DNA from: a virus
Taxonomy: Duplodnaviria > Caudoviricetes
IMG/VR virus record: IMGVR_UViG_3300005058_000167
Coordinates: 1 to 36,398 of that record
Length of the DNA stretch: 36,398 nt
Direction: 5' to 3' (one strand)
This document shows, piece by piece, positions 17,824 to 26,757 of the stretch. The notes below the pieces were generated by a model, which saw only the letters and a program-made list of their open reading frames with translations, was not told where the DNA came from and searched no databases. Position 1 is the first letter of the stretch, and every line of letters starts with the position of its first letter. A program made the position numbers and the translations under genes.

Positions 17824-18269
17824 GCGACCTGACCAAGCATCATCTGCAGCTCGTCGGCATCGCCAAGACCTGGGCGCTGAAGAACCTGCCCGGTTGGTCC
17901 GACGAAAGTCACCGCGATCTGCTCGGCACGTACGGTGGCAAGGCAGTCGAAGGAAAGGTGTCGGCCAGCACGATGACGGTGCCGCAGCTCGGCAGCGTGC
18001 TCGATGCCTACGAGCGCCGGGGCTGGCCGCGCCAGAAGAAGGTGTTCGGCAAGGGCGATGCCGCACGCAAGGTGCCGCCGCAGATCGCGCACCTGGTCCG
18101 CCTGTGGGGCAAGCTCGGCGCAGTAGGAAAGGTGGATAACGACAGCCGGCCTGCGCTGCTCGCCTGGTGTGCGCGCCAGGTGAATCACGAAGTGCGGGAT
18201 CTCGATAGCCTGACCACGGCCGAGTCGCAAAAGCTGATCGAAGCCCTCAAGGGCTGGCTGGGACGCTGA
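17820..18269 (+). CDS. gemA: GemA/DUF1018 regulatory protein
   Basis: HRDLL, SASTMT, LLAWCARQ, KLIEALKGW; precedes mor. Confidence 0.85.
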   Translation: MSDLTKHHLQLVGIAKTWALKNLPGWSDESHRDLLGTYGGKAVEGKVSASTMTVPQLGSVLDAYERRGWPRQKKVFGKGDAARKVPPQIAHLVRLWGKLGAVGKVDNDSRPALLAWCARQVNHEVRDLDSLTTAESQKLIEALKGWLGR

Positions 18270-18270
18270 C

Positions 18271-18717
18271 ATGGTCTTCAAGCTCGAACCCGTCCCACCC
18301 GACCACGTGCCGGCCAAGCCCTTGGCCTGGCCGGTCATCGACGAGGAGCTGCTGCGCACCCTGCCGCCGATCCTGCGCGGCGTGGTGATGGCGCTCGGCT
18401 TCGTGCGTGCCCGGGAGTTCCTCGCAGCACATGGCGGCGTCAATGTCGTCATTCCCAAGCAGCGCACCGCCGCGCTCGGCCTGGAGCAGGATGAACTTGC
18501 CCGCCTGCGCCAGGCGCTCGTCCTGCACATGGATGCCGCCGGCCGGGTATGGATGCCGAAGGCCGACAAGCTTTTCAAGCGCGCCCGGGATACCCAGATT
18601 CGGAAGGACCGCCAAAGCCACAGCATCGCGGCGCTGGCCAGGGCACACGACCTCAGCTCGAAGCAGATATGCAACATCTGCCGCGAGGGCGATGAACGAC
18701 AGTTCGACCTGTTTTAG
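18271..18717 (+). CDS. mor: Mor/C-family transcription activator
   Basis: HGGVNVVIPK, RARDTQIR, LARAHDLSSKQICNI HTH, QFDLF tail. Confidence 0.88.
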   Translation: MVFKLEPVPPDHVPAKPLAWPVIDEELLRTLPPILRGVVMALGFVRAREFLAAHGGVNVVIPKQRTAALGLEQDELARLRQALVLHMDAAGRVWMPKADKLFKRARDTQIRKDRQSHSIAALARAHDLSSKQICNICREGDERQFDLF

Positions 18718-18724
18718 GCGCTGA

Positions 18725-18788
18725 CGGGCAAATGCTCGTCGGCTGCCATTGCCCAGTGCCGCAAAAACCCATTTGAAGACCATTTAAA
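18725..18788 (+). repeat. Degenerate direct repeat copy 2
   Basis: Matches 83-148. Confidence 0.65.
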
Positions 18789-18881
18789 AGCCGCGAACGC
18801 ATGCACGCGGCAGTGCTGACACCGGCAGCACCCGAAAAACGCAATACAGCGCGATTCTGAAGGTCATCCCCTTCCCGGTCA

Positions 18882-18929
18882 GCGGGAAACATTTCCAGCC
18901 CTGACCCGGATTTCGCCAACGGCGAAGAT
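18882..18929 (+). promoter_or_regulatory. Late promoter 2 (head operon)
   Basis: GCGGGAAACATTTCCAGC (16/18 to palindrome), 24 nt, GAAGAT. Confidence 0.72.
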
Positions 18930-18954
18930 TGCTCCATCAACAACGGAGCACGCC

Positions 18955-19962
18955 GTGGCAAACCCGAACCCTCTCCCGAAGAATGTCGCCGCCCTGGTCA
19001 TCGACCTGACGGCCAGTACCGAAGGCTACCCGGAAGGGTGCAATGCGCACATCACGCCGGATGGCTACTTCCGCGCCGACGACGGGCGGCCGCGCAGCAT
19101 GGAAGGGGTCGAGGTCGATGACTGGCTGATGAATGCCGAGATCGCCGCCGCCTTGATCGCCCGTCTTGAATCCAGCGGCAAGCCGATCCTCTACGACTAC
19201 GAACACAACTCGCTGTGGGGCGACAGCCGCGCCGCCGGCTGGATCGTCAAGCTGGTGTATGTCGCCGGCCGTGGCCTGTTCGGTCGCGTCGAGTGGACGC
19301 CCGATGCCGCCGAGGAGATCGCCAAGAAGGTCTATCGCTACTCCTCCCCGCTTTTCTACTTCGACCCCAAGACCGGCGCCGTCACTGAGCTGCTGTCGGT
19401 CGCCCTGACCAATAACCCCGCCCTGGGCGATCTGGGGGCCGTCGATCTGGTTCGCCGTGCAGCGTTGGCCGCGCTGCCGCTGGGCGCATTGGCCAATCAA
19501 TTCATCAAAACTGGAGAGTCCGATATGACCCCTGAACAGTTGGCCGCGCTCACTGCCGAGCGTGATGGCCTCAAAACCACCGTTGCATCCCTGACCGCCG
19601 AGGTCACCGGCCTGAAGTCGCAGGTTGTCGCCCTGACTGCCGAACGCGATGGCCTGGTTGCCGAGAAGGCGCAGGCCGCGCTGGTCGATGAAGAAACCGA
19701 GAAGGCCGAGCTGATCAAGGCTGCTCTCTCCGGTGAAAAGCCGCGCCTCGTGCCGGCTCAGAAAGCCTGGGCTGAAAAGCAGCCGCTGGCTGCGCTCAAG
19801 GAATACCTGGATGCAACCGGCCCGGTCGCCCTGGCAGCCCAGCAGTCGGCCCCGCCGGCCGGCGATGGCAACCACGGCCTGAGCCAGGAAGAACTGGCGA
19901 TGTGCTCGAAGATGGGTGTCACGGCCGAGCAGTTCGCTGCCACCAAGAAAGCCCAGGCCTAA
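18955..19962 (+). CDS. Mu gpI-like prohead protease (with scaffold domain)
   Basis: LYDYEH, AAGWI, YRYSSP, SVALTNNPAL. Confidence 0.93.
   Translation: MANPNPLPKNVAALVIDLTASTEGYPEGCNAHITPDGYFRADDGRPRSMEGVEVDDWLMNAEIAAALIARLESSGKPILYDYEHNSLWGDSRAAGWIVKLVYVAGRGLFGRVEWTPDAAEEIAKKVYRYSSPLFYFDPKTGAVTELLSVALTNNPALGDLGAVDLVRRAALAALPLGALANQFIKTGESDMTPEQLAALTAERDGLKTTVASLTAEVTGLKSQVVALTAERDGLVAEKAQAALVDEETEKAELIKAALSGEKPRLVPAQKAWAEKQPLAALKEYLDATGPVALAAQQSAPPAGDGNHGLSQEELAMCSKMGVTAEQFAATKKAQA
19525..19962 (+). CDS. In-frame internal scaffold protein (gpZ-like)
   Basis: GGAGAG RBS before in-frame ATG (MTPEQLAAL); coiled coil with repeated LTAERDGL. Confidence 0.7.
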   Translation: MTPEQLAALTAERDGLKTTVASLTAEVTGLKSQVVALTAERDGLVAEKAQAALVDEETEKAELIKAALSGEKPRLVPAQKAWAEKQPLAALKEYLDATGPVALAAQQSAPPAGDGNHGLSQEELAMCSKMGVTAEQFAATKKAQA

Positions 19963-19998
19963 GCGCCGGTTGCCACCTCACTCAATCAGGAGAAGTAA

Positions 19999-20907
19999 AT
20001 GCCCGCCACTGTAATGACCCAGGCGCAACTCGACGCGCTCAAGACCTCGCTGGTCGCCCGCTGGAACGCCGGCCTGGCGATGACCAATCCGGACTGGATG
20101 AAGATCGCCAAGAAGATTCAGTCTTCCGGCAAGTCCAATACCTATGAATTCCTGTCGCAGTTCCCGGCCTTCCGCGAATGGGTTGGAGCCCGCCTGCACA
20201 AGGTATTCAAGGAAACCGGCTACAACGTTCCGAACCGCAAGTTTGAAACCACCGTCGACGTCAAGCGCGATGACTGGGAAGACGACAACATTGGCCAGTA
20301 CGGCCTGCTCGCCGAAGGCGCTGGTCAATCCGCTTCTGATCTGATGAACGATCTGGTGTTCCAGTTGATTGGCCTCGGCTTCAATACCACGTGTTACGAC
20401 GGCCAATACTTCTTCGACACCGATCACCCGGTTGCTGCCAATGAAGACGGTACCGGCGCCGTGACCAACGTATCCAATCTGCAAGCCGGTGCCGGTGCCC
20501 CCTGGGTGCTGCTCTGCACCAAGCGCGCCGCGAGCCCGTTCTATCTGCAGGAGCGGATCGCTCCGCAGTTCGACTCGATCACCTCGGTGCAGAATGCCAA
20601 CGTGTTCGACCTGGACGTGTTCAGCTTCGGTGGCCGTTGGCGTGGTGAGGCTGCCTTCGGTTTCTGGCAGTGCGCCTTCGGTTCCAAGGCGGCACTAACT
20701 GCGGCCAACTTCGAGGCTGGATACGACGCGATGCTTGGTTTCAAGGGCGACGGTCAGCGCAAGCTTGGCACCATTGCCGACACGCTGGTAACCGGTGCGT
20801 CCAACCGTGCTGCTGCTGAAGCAATCCTTGATAAGGAAAAGCTGGCCAACGGTGAATCCAACACCAACTACAAGCGCGTCAATCTGATTATCACGCCCTG
20901 GCTGTAA
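19999..20907 (+). CDS. Major capsid protein (Mu gpT-like)
   Basis: FREWVGAR, NRKFETTV, CYDGQYFFDTDHPV, FGFWQCAFGS. Confidence 0.95.
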   Translation: MPATVMTQAQLDALKTSLVARWNAGLAMTNPDWMKIAKKIQSSGKSNTYEFLSQFPAFREWVGARLHKVFKETGYNVPNRKFETTVDVKRDDWEDDNIGQYGLLAEGAGQSASDLMNDLVFQLIGLGFNTTCYDGQYFFDTDHPVAANEDGTGAVTNVSNLQAGAGAPWVLLCTKRAASPFYLQERIAPQFDSITSVQNANVFDLDVFSFGGRWRGEAAFGFWQCAFGSKAALTAANFEAGYDAMLGFKGDGQRKLGTIADTLVTGASNRAAAEAILDKEKLANGESNTNYKRVNLIITPWL

Positions 20908-20937
20908 CGAACAACCCACCGTGAAGTAGCACGCGAC

Positions 20938-20966
20938 CCCCGCCCTGGCCTTGTCGCCGGGCGGGG
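20938..20966 (+). terminator. GC-rich hairpin after capsid gene
   Basis: CCCCGCCC(T)GGC/GCCGGGCGGGG stem; no U-tract, so stabiliser or attenuator possible. Confidence 0.45.
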
Positions 20967-20980
20967 CTCTGGAGACCGAT

Positions 20981-21397
20981 ATGAAAACCTTGTTTGTACG
21001 CATCTCCCCGCGCAAGGAAGCCGAACGCTTCTGGCGCTGTGGGATTGAATTTGGCCGGGGTTGGAAGAAGGTGAGCGATCTGGATGACGCCACCGCCCAA
21101 CGCCTGGAAGAGGAGCAAATGCTGGAGGTGACGGAAACGCGCCCGGCGGACCTGGAAGACGAGGCTCAGGCAGGTGATAGCGCCAATGCCATCGATCCGA
21201 ATGCCGGCAGTTCCGTCCCTCCAGTGGTTGCACTCAGTGCCGCTGAATCTGCCGCTGCCGAAGCTGCCGCTGCCGAAGCTGCCGCTGCTGAAGCCGCCGC
21301 TGCTGAAGCCGCCGCTGCTGAAGCTGCTGCTGCCGAAGCCGCTGCTGCCGAAGCCGCTGCTGCCAAGCCCGTCACCAAGAAGAAGGCGGCCAAGTAA
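20981..21397 (+). CDS. HI1506-like (Mu gp35-position) protein with Ala/Glu repeat tail
   Basis: FWRCGIEF, RLEEEQMLEV; GGAG RBS. Confidence 0.75.
   Translation: MKTLFVRISPRKEAERFWRCGIEFGRGWKKVSDLDDATAQRLEEEQMLEVTETRPADLEDEAQAGDSANAIDPNAGSSVPPVVALSAAESAAAEAAAAEAAAAEAAAAEAAAAEAAAAEAAAAEAAAAKPVTKKKAAK
21241..21365 (+). repeat. 15-bp tandem repeat encoding (EAAAA)n, ~8 units
   Basis: GCYGCTGCYGAAGCY units visible directly. Confidence 0.9.
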
Positions 21398-21891
21398 TGG
21401 CCTTCGCCACTCGTGCCGATCTGCTCGCCCGGTCAAACGCCCGGCGCCTTGCCCAGTTGGCCGTGCCGGCTGACATGGCCATGGTGCCGGATGAGGCCCT
21501 GCGCGTGGCCATCGCGGGTGGCGATTTAACTGCCTACACCGCCGATGACCAGGTGGCGTTGGCTGCTGCCCTGGATGCCATCGACAAGGCCTTGGGCGAT
21601 GCCGATGCGTTGATCCTGAGCTACGGCATTCCCGAGACAGTTCAGACGACGCTCATTGCGCGCCTTGCCTCGACCATTGCCCTGTATTACTTGCAGGGCG
21701 CCGAGCGCATGACGAAGGAAGTGCAGCAGGCCTACGACGCTGCCATCGCCATGCTCAACAAGCATGCGTCAGGTCAGCTCAACCTGATTCCCCCATTGCC
21801 GACTGATCCGGTGCCATCGGCAGACATGGTCATCATCGAAAGCAGCCCCAGCCGGTACAGCACTGCCTACGACGATGAGGTTGGCCTGTGA
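21397..21891 (+). CDS. Head-tail adaptor (Mu gp36/DUF1320)
   Basis: FATRADLL, ALGDADALI, IALYYL, YDAAIAML; synteny. Confidence 0.85.
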   Translation: MAFATRADLLARSNARRLAQLAVPADMAMVPDEALRVAIAGGDLTAYTADDQVALAAALDAIDKALGDADALILSYGIPETVQTTLIARLASTIALYYLQGAERMTKEVQQAYDAAIAMLNKHASGQLNLIPPLPTDPVPSADMVIIESSPSRYSTAYDDEVGL

Positions 21892-22367
21892 TCTCCCTGC
21901 AGCCGATCCGTACCCTGCTTGCCGAGAAACCGGCCGACTTTGCTGGCCTGTGGTTCCGCAAGGTGGGTGGCGGCAGCACTTTTGCCAAGCTGATGGCGGA
22001 TGCGTTGCCCCTGCCTGCCGCCTGGGTGGTTCCTGCAGCCGACCGCACACAACATGCCGGCGAGTGTGCCGAGAACGTGACACTGGGCTTCGATGTGGTG
22101 ATCGCCATCGAGAACGCCCGCGAGCATTACCCCGGCGAGAGCGACGACGTGCTGCTGCAGTACCGCCTGGCTGTGAAGGGTCTGCTGCTCGGCTGGCAGA
22201 TCGCGCCGGATGTGCGACCGCTCAAGTTCGGCGGCGGCCAGATCATCGAATACACCGAAACCGACATTTATTGGCGCGACCGCTACACCTTCGACGCCCT
22301 GATTACCAACTACCTGCCTGACCCGCCGGCCTATGAGGCCCTGACCTTTACTGGAGAGCAATTATGA
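21888..22367 (+). CDS. Tail terminator (Mu gp37-like)
   Basis: Synteny; LPAAWVVP, LLGWQ. Confidence 0.7.
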   Translation: MISLQPIRTLLAEKPADFAGLWFRKVGGGSTFAKLMADALPLPAAWVVPAADRTQHAGECAENVTLGFDVVIAIENAREHYPGESDDVLLQYRLAVKGLLLGWQIAPDVRPLKFGGGQIIEYTETDIYWRDRYTFDALITNYLPDPPAYEALTFTGEQL

Positions 22368-23833
22368 TTTCTTTCAACCATGTGCCGACCGCGCTCCGCT
22401 ACCCGGGCGCCTATATCGAGGTCGACGGTTCGCAGGCCGGTTTGGGCGGCGACATCCCCGCCGTGTTGCTGGTCGGCCAGAAGCTGGCTACGGGCACCGC
22501 GCCGGCCGGCGAGATCACCCAGCTTTCCGGCGTTCAGGATGCGATTGACAAGGCCGGCGCCGGCTCCATGCTGGCCCAGATGGTCGCTCGTTACCGCGCC
22601 ATCGACCCGACGCTTGATATCTACATGCTGCCCTATGCGGACAACCCGGCCGGCGTTCAGGCCACGGGCACCATCACCGTTACGGCCGGGCCGACCTCGG
22701 CCGGCACCCTGGCGCTGTATATCGCCGGCAAACTGGTGACTGTCGGCATCAACCTGGGCATGACGCCAACGCAAGTTGCCACGGCGATTGCCAATGCCAT
22801 CACCGCCGCCGGTACCGATGTGCCGGTGACTGCCGTCGCCGCTGCTGCCGTGGTAACCCTGACCGCACGCCACAAGGGCACCTGCGGCAACGCCATCGAC
22901 ATCCGCCTCAACTTCTACCGCGAAGCTGCCGTGGCCGGGCTGGCCCTGACCATTGCCGCCATGGCCGGCGGTGCTGGCGACCCGGCGCCGGGCGCGCTGA
23001 CCACCATGCTGGGTCAGTTCTGGTATCGCTATGTCGCCCTGGGCATCAACGATGCAGCCACGCTGGCCGCCTGGCATGCCGAAAGCCAGTTGCGCTATAA
23101 GCCGCCGATCCAGGCCGGCTTCCGTGCCTTCACCGCGCACCGTGGCGACTACGCCGCTGCCGTGGCTTTCGGTACGGCCGGCAACTACGAGCACATTTGC
23201 TGCCTCAGCCTCGAAATCAACCCGACCAGCACGTGGGAAGCCGCCGCCATCGTCTGCGCTGCTGCCGCGCCCAAGCTCTACAACAGCCCGGTCGAATCGC
23301 TCGAAGGCATCGCGCTGCCCGGCATGATGGGCAAGACCTATCACGACTGGACGAACGCCAACAGCCTGCTGTTCAAGGGCATGAGCGTGCTGCAGGTGAG
23401 CAAGGATGGTTCGTGCAGCATCAAGCGCCTGATCTCGATGTATCAGTTCCGTCCGGATGGAAGCACCGATGACGCCTTCCTGGATATCAACACGGCCGAG
23501 GTGATGGAGCGCATCCGCTACGAGCAGCGCATCGGCGCCATCAAGCGCTTTACCGGCACTGCTGCCGCCAAGACCAACGAGGGTTACCGCCCCGGCCTGC
23601 GCATCACGACCGAAGACGATGTGCGCGCCTTCCTGCTCTCGCTCTACAAGCACAGCCTGATGGAGGAATTCGGCTGGGTGCAGGCCTACGACTACTACAA
23701 GGGCAGCCTGGTGGTCGAACAAGACCCGCTCAACCCGAGTCGCTTCAACTACCGCGATACGCCGATCCTGCTCTCGCCGTACTACATCCTGGCTGGCCGC
23801 GACGTGTTCTACAAGGCCGTCCCGACCTACTAA
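22364..23833 (+). CDS. Tail sheath protein (Mu gpL-like)
   Basis: RYPGAYIE, GAGSMLAQM, LTARHKGTCGN, I.RLISMYQ. Confidence 0.93.
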   Translation: MISFNHVPTALRYPGAYIEVDGSQAGLGGDIPAVLLVGQKLATGTAPAGEITQLSGVQDAIDKAGAGSMLAQMVARYRAIDPTLDIYMLPYADNPAGVQATGTITVTAGPTSAGTLALYIAGKLVTVGINLGMTPTQVATAIANAITAAGTDVPVTAVAAAAVVTLTARHKGTCGNAIDIRLNFYREAAVAGLALTIAAMAGGAGDPAPGALTTMLGQFWYRYVALGINDAATLAAWHAESQLRYKPPIQAGFRAFTAHRGDYAAAVAFGTAGNYEHICCLSLEINPTSTWEAAAIVCAAAAPKLYNSPVESLEGIALPGMMGKTYHDWTNANSLLFKGMSVLQVSKDGSCSIKRLISMYQFRPDGSTDDAFLDINTAEVMERIRYEQRIGAIKRFTGTAAAKTNEGYRPGLRITTEDDVRAFLLSLYKHSLMEEFGWVQAYDYYKGSLVVEQDPLNPSRFNYRDTPILLSPYYILAGRDVFYKAVPTY

Positions 23834-23868
23834 GCCGCCCACACTGACCGAACCGAAAGGAGCCACCC

Positions 23869-24231
23869 ATGGCACAACTGAACAACATCCGCACCGTCAG
23901 CGTGCCCAGCATTGGCAAGCTGCCCCTGGCCGACAAGGGCAGCACCTTCGTGCCGAGTGGCGTGCAGCGCACCCACAAGCCCGGTCGCCTGGCCAGCGAT
24001 GGCGGCTACACCGAGGGCGAGCTGCCGGCCAAGCTGGACCTGAGCATCAACCTACAGGGCGGCATTGACCACGCGGCAATCAACGCCATCAAGGATGAGG
24101 ATGTCACGATCCGCCTCGCCGATGGCCAAGTGCACATGATGAGCCTGGCGTTCGTCACCGAGCCGCTGGCCGTGGGTGACGGTGAAGGCAAGATCGTCAT
24201 CATGTCCAACACCTCCGAGCGGATCGCCTGA
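23869..24231 (+). CDS. Tail tube protein (Mu gpM-like)
   Basis: Follows sheath; size; AAGGAG RBS. Confidence 0.85.
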   Translation: MAQLNNIRTVSVPSIGKLPLADKGSTFVPSGVQRTHKPGRLASDGGYTEGELPAKLDLSINLQGGIDHAAINAIKDEDVTIRLADGQVHMMSLAFVTEPLAVGDGEGKIVIMSNTSERIA

Positions 24232-24233
24232 TC

Positions 24234-25118
24234 ATGACTGCGACCAACGACGGGATCATTCACCTGCGAGGGAAGATCGAGGGGGGCAAGCTGGTCGCCC
24301 TCCTGGATCACCAGGGACAGGAATTGGGCGGGCCGGTTACGTCGAAGCTGAACGAGGTCACCGGGAGGATTAAAATCACAGGCGTCAATCCTGTGTCCTA
24401 CCTTGGCAAGCCGTCCGCCATGTTTGTCGGCGACAGCCTCATGGACCAGTGCTTTATCCCTAGCACCTCGTCGCGTTCAGCGCGGGACTGGATCATGCAA
24501 GCCGATGCTGAATTGGGCGGCGTGCTCGGTCGAGTATTTGACGCCGGAGTATCTGGCGACAATTCAAGCGAAATCCGCGCCAACCTCGCGGCATCGCTGG
24601 CGACTAATAATCCGGCCATCGTCATCTTTGGACCTATCTCGGTAAATAGCATCGGCGACGGCATCACGGCAGAGCAAAACATCGCCGACCTGCAATGGAT
24701 GTACGACACAGCGATTGCTTACCCGAGCGTCGTGCAGGTGTTTATCTCGACGGTGCATACGCCGACGGCTCAATCTACTGTTGCCGCGTCGCGCCGCTGG
24801 TTGGCTACGGTCAATGCTTTTGTCGAGGCATACGGGGCCGCGAAAAATATCCCTGTTATCCCGTTCGCTCGGCAATTTACGTCGCAGACATCGGGCGGCG
24901 CGAAGACCAATCTTTCGCCGGACGGCACGCATTTGACCTACAGAGGCGCTTACGAGATGGGCGTCAATCAGGTCAAGCCTGTCTTGCGTCCGCTGGCTGT
25001 CGCGCCGTGGTCAATGCCCCGTGGCGCGCTCAATCACCTCAATCTGCTCGGACCTGCAGCGGCTCTGCAAGGTGACATGCAGGTGGTGCAAACAACACGG
25101 CGATCAATGCGGGTATGA
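24234..25118 (+). CDS. SGNH/GDSL esterase-domain protein (N-terminal part of a probably frameshifted gene)
   Basis: VGDSL, GVSG, SVN, DGTH blocks after a ~48 aa leader. Confidence 0.8.
   Translation: MTATNDGIIHLRGKIEGGKLVALLDHQGQELGGPVTSKLNEVTGRIKITGVNPVSYLGKPSAMFVGDSLMDQCFIPSTSSRSARDWIMQADAELGGVLGRVFDAGVSGDNSSEIRANLAASLATNNPAIVIFGPISVNSIGDGITAEQNIADLQWMYDTAIAYPSVVQVFISTVHTPTAQSTVAASRRWLATVNAFVEAYGAAKNIPVIPFARQFTSQTSGGAKTNLSPDGTHLTYRGAYEMGVNQVKPVLRPLAVAPWSMPRGALNHLNLLGPAAALQGDMQVVQTTRRSMRV
24363..24383 (+). repeat. Left imperfect inverted repeat, candidate recombination site
   Basis: GGGAGGATTAAAATCACAGGC vs reverse complement of 25808-25828, 13/21. Confidence 0.45.
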
Positions 25119-25813
25119 CCGGGACTGCCCCTAATGCCGTATTTGCGCGCCGAAACACTGGCGACGGTGCGTCGTCTGGCGTGTGTAGCGTCGTCACTGG
25201 CGCGGTGTCTGACCTAGATACTGTATCTGCTCAATGCGCCGTCACTGTCGGCGTCGCCGGTTCTGGCGCTGGATTTACCATCGGTCACGAGCAGACGGCC
25301 CGCAACCGCTACGACAATGCTCGGTCGAATAGCCAAGCCTACGGCTACGGAGAACGCTACGCGATCAGCGCAACGCTCGTCGCGCAGGTCTATACCCCCG
25401 GCACAAGTGCTGCCTCTGCTCCGGATGTCTCGGCCCTTGTTGCTGGCGATACCTTTGCCGATGGCACAGCAGTGTTTTTGGTCACTGAGCGCCCGATGCC
25501 GGGTGATCTTGTCGAGATTTGCGTCGATTGCGGTCTGTCATCGATCACGAACGGAATGAATGTCGGCGTCTGGGTCAACATCACCGACACAACCGGCGCG
25601 CAGACCAATACCTACATCAACTGGGGTAACAACACCGCAGAGGGTCCGTGGCCTACCCGCGTCGATTCCGAGCGCCGGCTGATGCGCCACTTTTTCACGC
25701 TTCCGACTGCTGCACCGGCCATCCGCAATATCGCCGTGATGACTATGGGGCAGGGTCCGGTCGGAGGCACGGGCACTATCAAGCTGCACGGTGTATCAAT
25801 CGCTAAAGCCTGA
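25115..25813 (+). CDS. Beta-rich hypothetical protein, probable C-terminal part of the SGNH protein
   Basis: Frame is open upstream (AGGANNTAINAG-MTGT); no RBS before its ATG. Confidence 0.65.
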   Translation: MTGTAPNAVFARRNTGDGASSGVCSVVTGAVSDLDTVSAQCAVTVGVAGSGAGFTIGHEQTARNRYDNARSNSQAYGYGERYAISATLVAQVYTPGTSAASAPDVSALVAGDTFADGTAVFLVTERPMPGDLVEICVDCGLSSITNGMNVGVWVNITDTTGAQTNTYINWGNNTAEGPWPTRVDSERRLMRHFFTLPTAAPAIRNIAVMTMGQGPVGGTGTIKLHGVSIAKA

Positions 25814-25828
25814 TTTAGTGATCCCCTC
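25808..25828 (-). repeat. Right imperfect inverted repeat, candidate recombination site
   Basis: Reverse complement GAGGGGATCACTAAATCAGGC; spans cargo stop, 5 nt before recombinase ATG. Confidence 0.45.
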
Positions 25829-25833
25829 TTCAC

Positions 25834-26757
25834 ATGGCTTTCGCTGACATCCTGATCCGCTCGACCCTCGGCATCGTATCGCCGAGGTATCGGACGGTCG
25901 CTGACTGGGCTGAGGTGTATCGGCGGATCGTCGATACTAAGCCGATCTGCGACAAGACGAAGGCGAATCGTCGGGTCAGCGTGCGGCACATCGTTTCGGT
26001 GCTCGGGCCTCGTGTCATTTCCCGGGTGCTGCCGCATGAGATCGCCGAGCTGGTACAGCGCATTCATGCCATGCATCCGGCGCTTGCCAAGCGGGTCTTG
26101 ATCGAAGCCAAGAACCTGTTCAACGAGGCGGTCATCTATGGATGGTTGGACCGCAACCCGGCATTTCCGCTGAAGGCACCGGCCGTGCAGGTGCAGCGGC
26201 ATCGCTTGTCCCTGGAACACTGGCGCGCCATTCATGCTTACGCGGTGGCGCATCAGCCGCCCTGGGTGTCCAGGATGCTGGTGCTTGCCCTGGTGTCTGG
26301 CCAGCGGCGGTCTGACCTGGGCAAGATGCAGGCGGGCGATGTGTGGGATGGCTTTCTGCATGTGCAGCAAGCAAAGACCGGCATGCGCCTGGCGCTGCCG
26401 CTGACGCTGCGCCTGGAAGCGCTTGGCGTCAGCCTCGGCGAGGCGATTGATGATTGCCGGGGCTACGCTGTCGGCAGTGGTCGGCTGCTGCGCAAGCACA
26501 ATGGGCGGCCTATCGGCCTGGCCTCGATGTCGGCCCGGTTCGAGCAGGCCCGTGAAGGCGCAGGGCTGGTCTGGTCGGGTGGATTGCCGCCGTCGCTGCA
26601 CGAGTGCCGTTCGCTGTCTGAACGTTTGTACCGTGCCCAGGGCATCAACACCATGGTGCTGCTCGGCCACCGTCACCAGTCGATGACCGACCTGTACGAC
26701 GATGCCCGCGATCTCGAGGACGGCCGGACCGGCTGGAAGCATCTGGACGTTGCCTGA
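25834..26757 (+). CDS. Tyrosine recombinase, lambda-Int-like, lacking the arm-binding domain
   Basis: SGQRRSD (R), QAKTG (K), HECR (HxxR), LLGH, MTDLY (Y); core-binding domain begins ~15 aa from the start. Confidence 0.92.
   Translation: MAFADILIRSTLGIVSPRYRTVADWAEVYRRIVDTKPICDKTKANRRVSVRHIVSVLGPRVISRVLPHEIAELVQRIHAMHPALAKRVLIEAKNLFNEAVIYGWLDRNPAFPLKAPAVQVQRHRLSLEHWRAIHAYAVAHQPPWVSRMLVLALVSGQRRSDLGKMQAGDVWDGFLHVQQAKTGMRLALPLTLRLEALGVSLGEAIDDCRGYAVGSGRLLRKHNGRPIGLASMSARFEQAREGAGLVWSGGLPPSLHECRSLSERLYRAQGINTMVLLGHRHQSMTDLYDDARDLEDGRTGWKHLDVA

Noticed and set aside
19549..19656. Repeated CTSACTGCCGARCGYGATGGCCT sequence
   Set aside because: Encodes scaffold coiled-coil repeats (LTAERDGL); ordinary.
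21241..21365. Possible CRISPR-like array
   Set aside because: Contiguous 15-bp coding repeats without unique spacers; no cas genes.
24384..25807. Alternative cargo on the minus strand that would fuse to the leader after inversion
   Set aside because: Only short, unconvincing minus-strand ORFs; a simple two-state shufflon is unsupported, so on/off switching or exchange is more plausible.
25834..26757. Recombinase as the phage's integrase
   Set aside because: Intact MuA/MuB present; the gene is mid-tail-operon, lacks the arm domain, and has no adjacent excisionase, att or tRNA.
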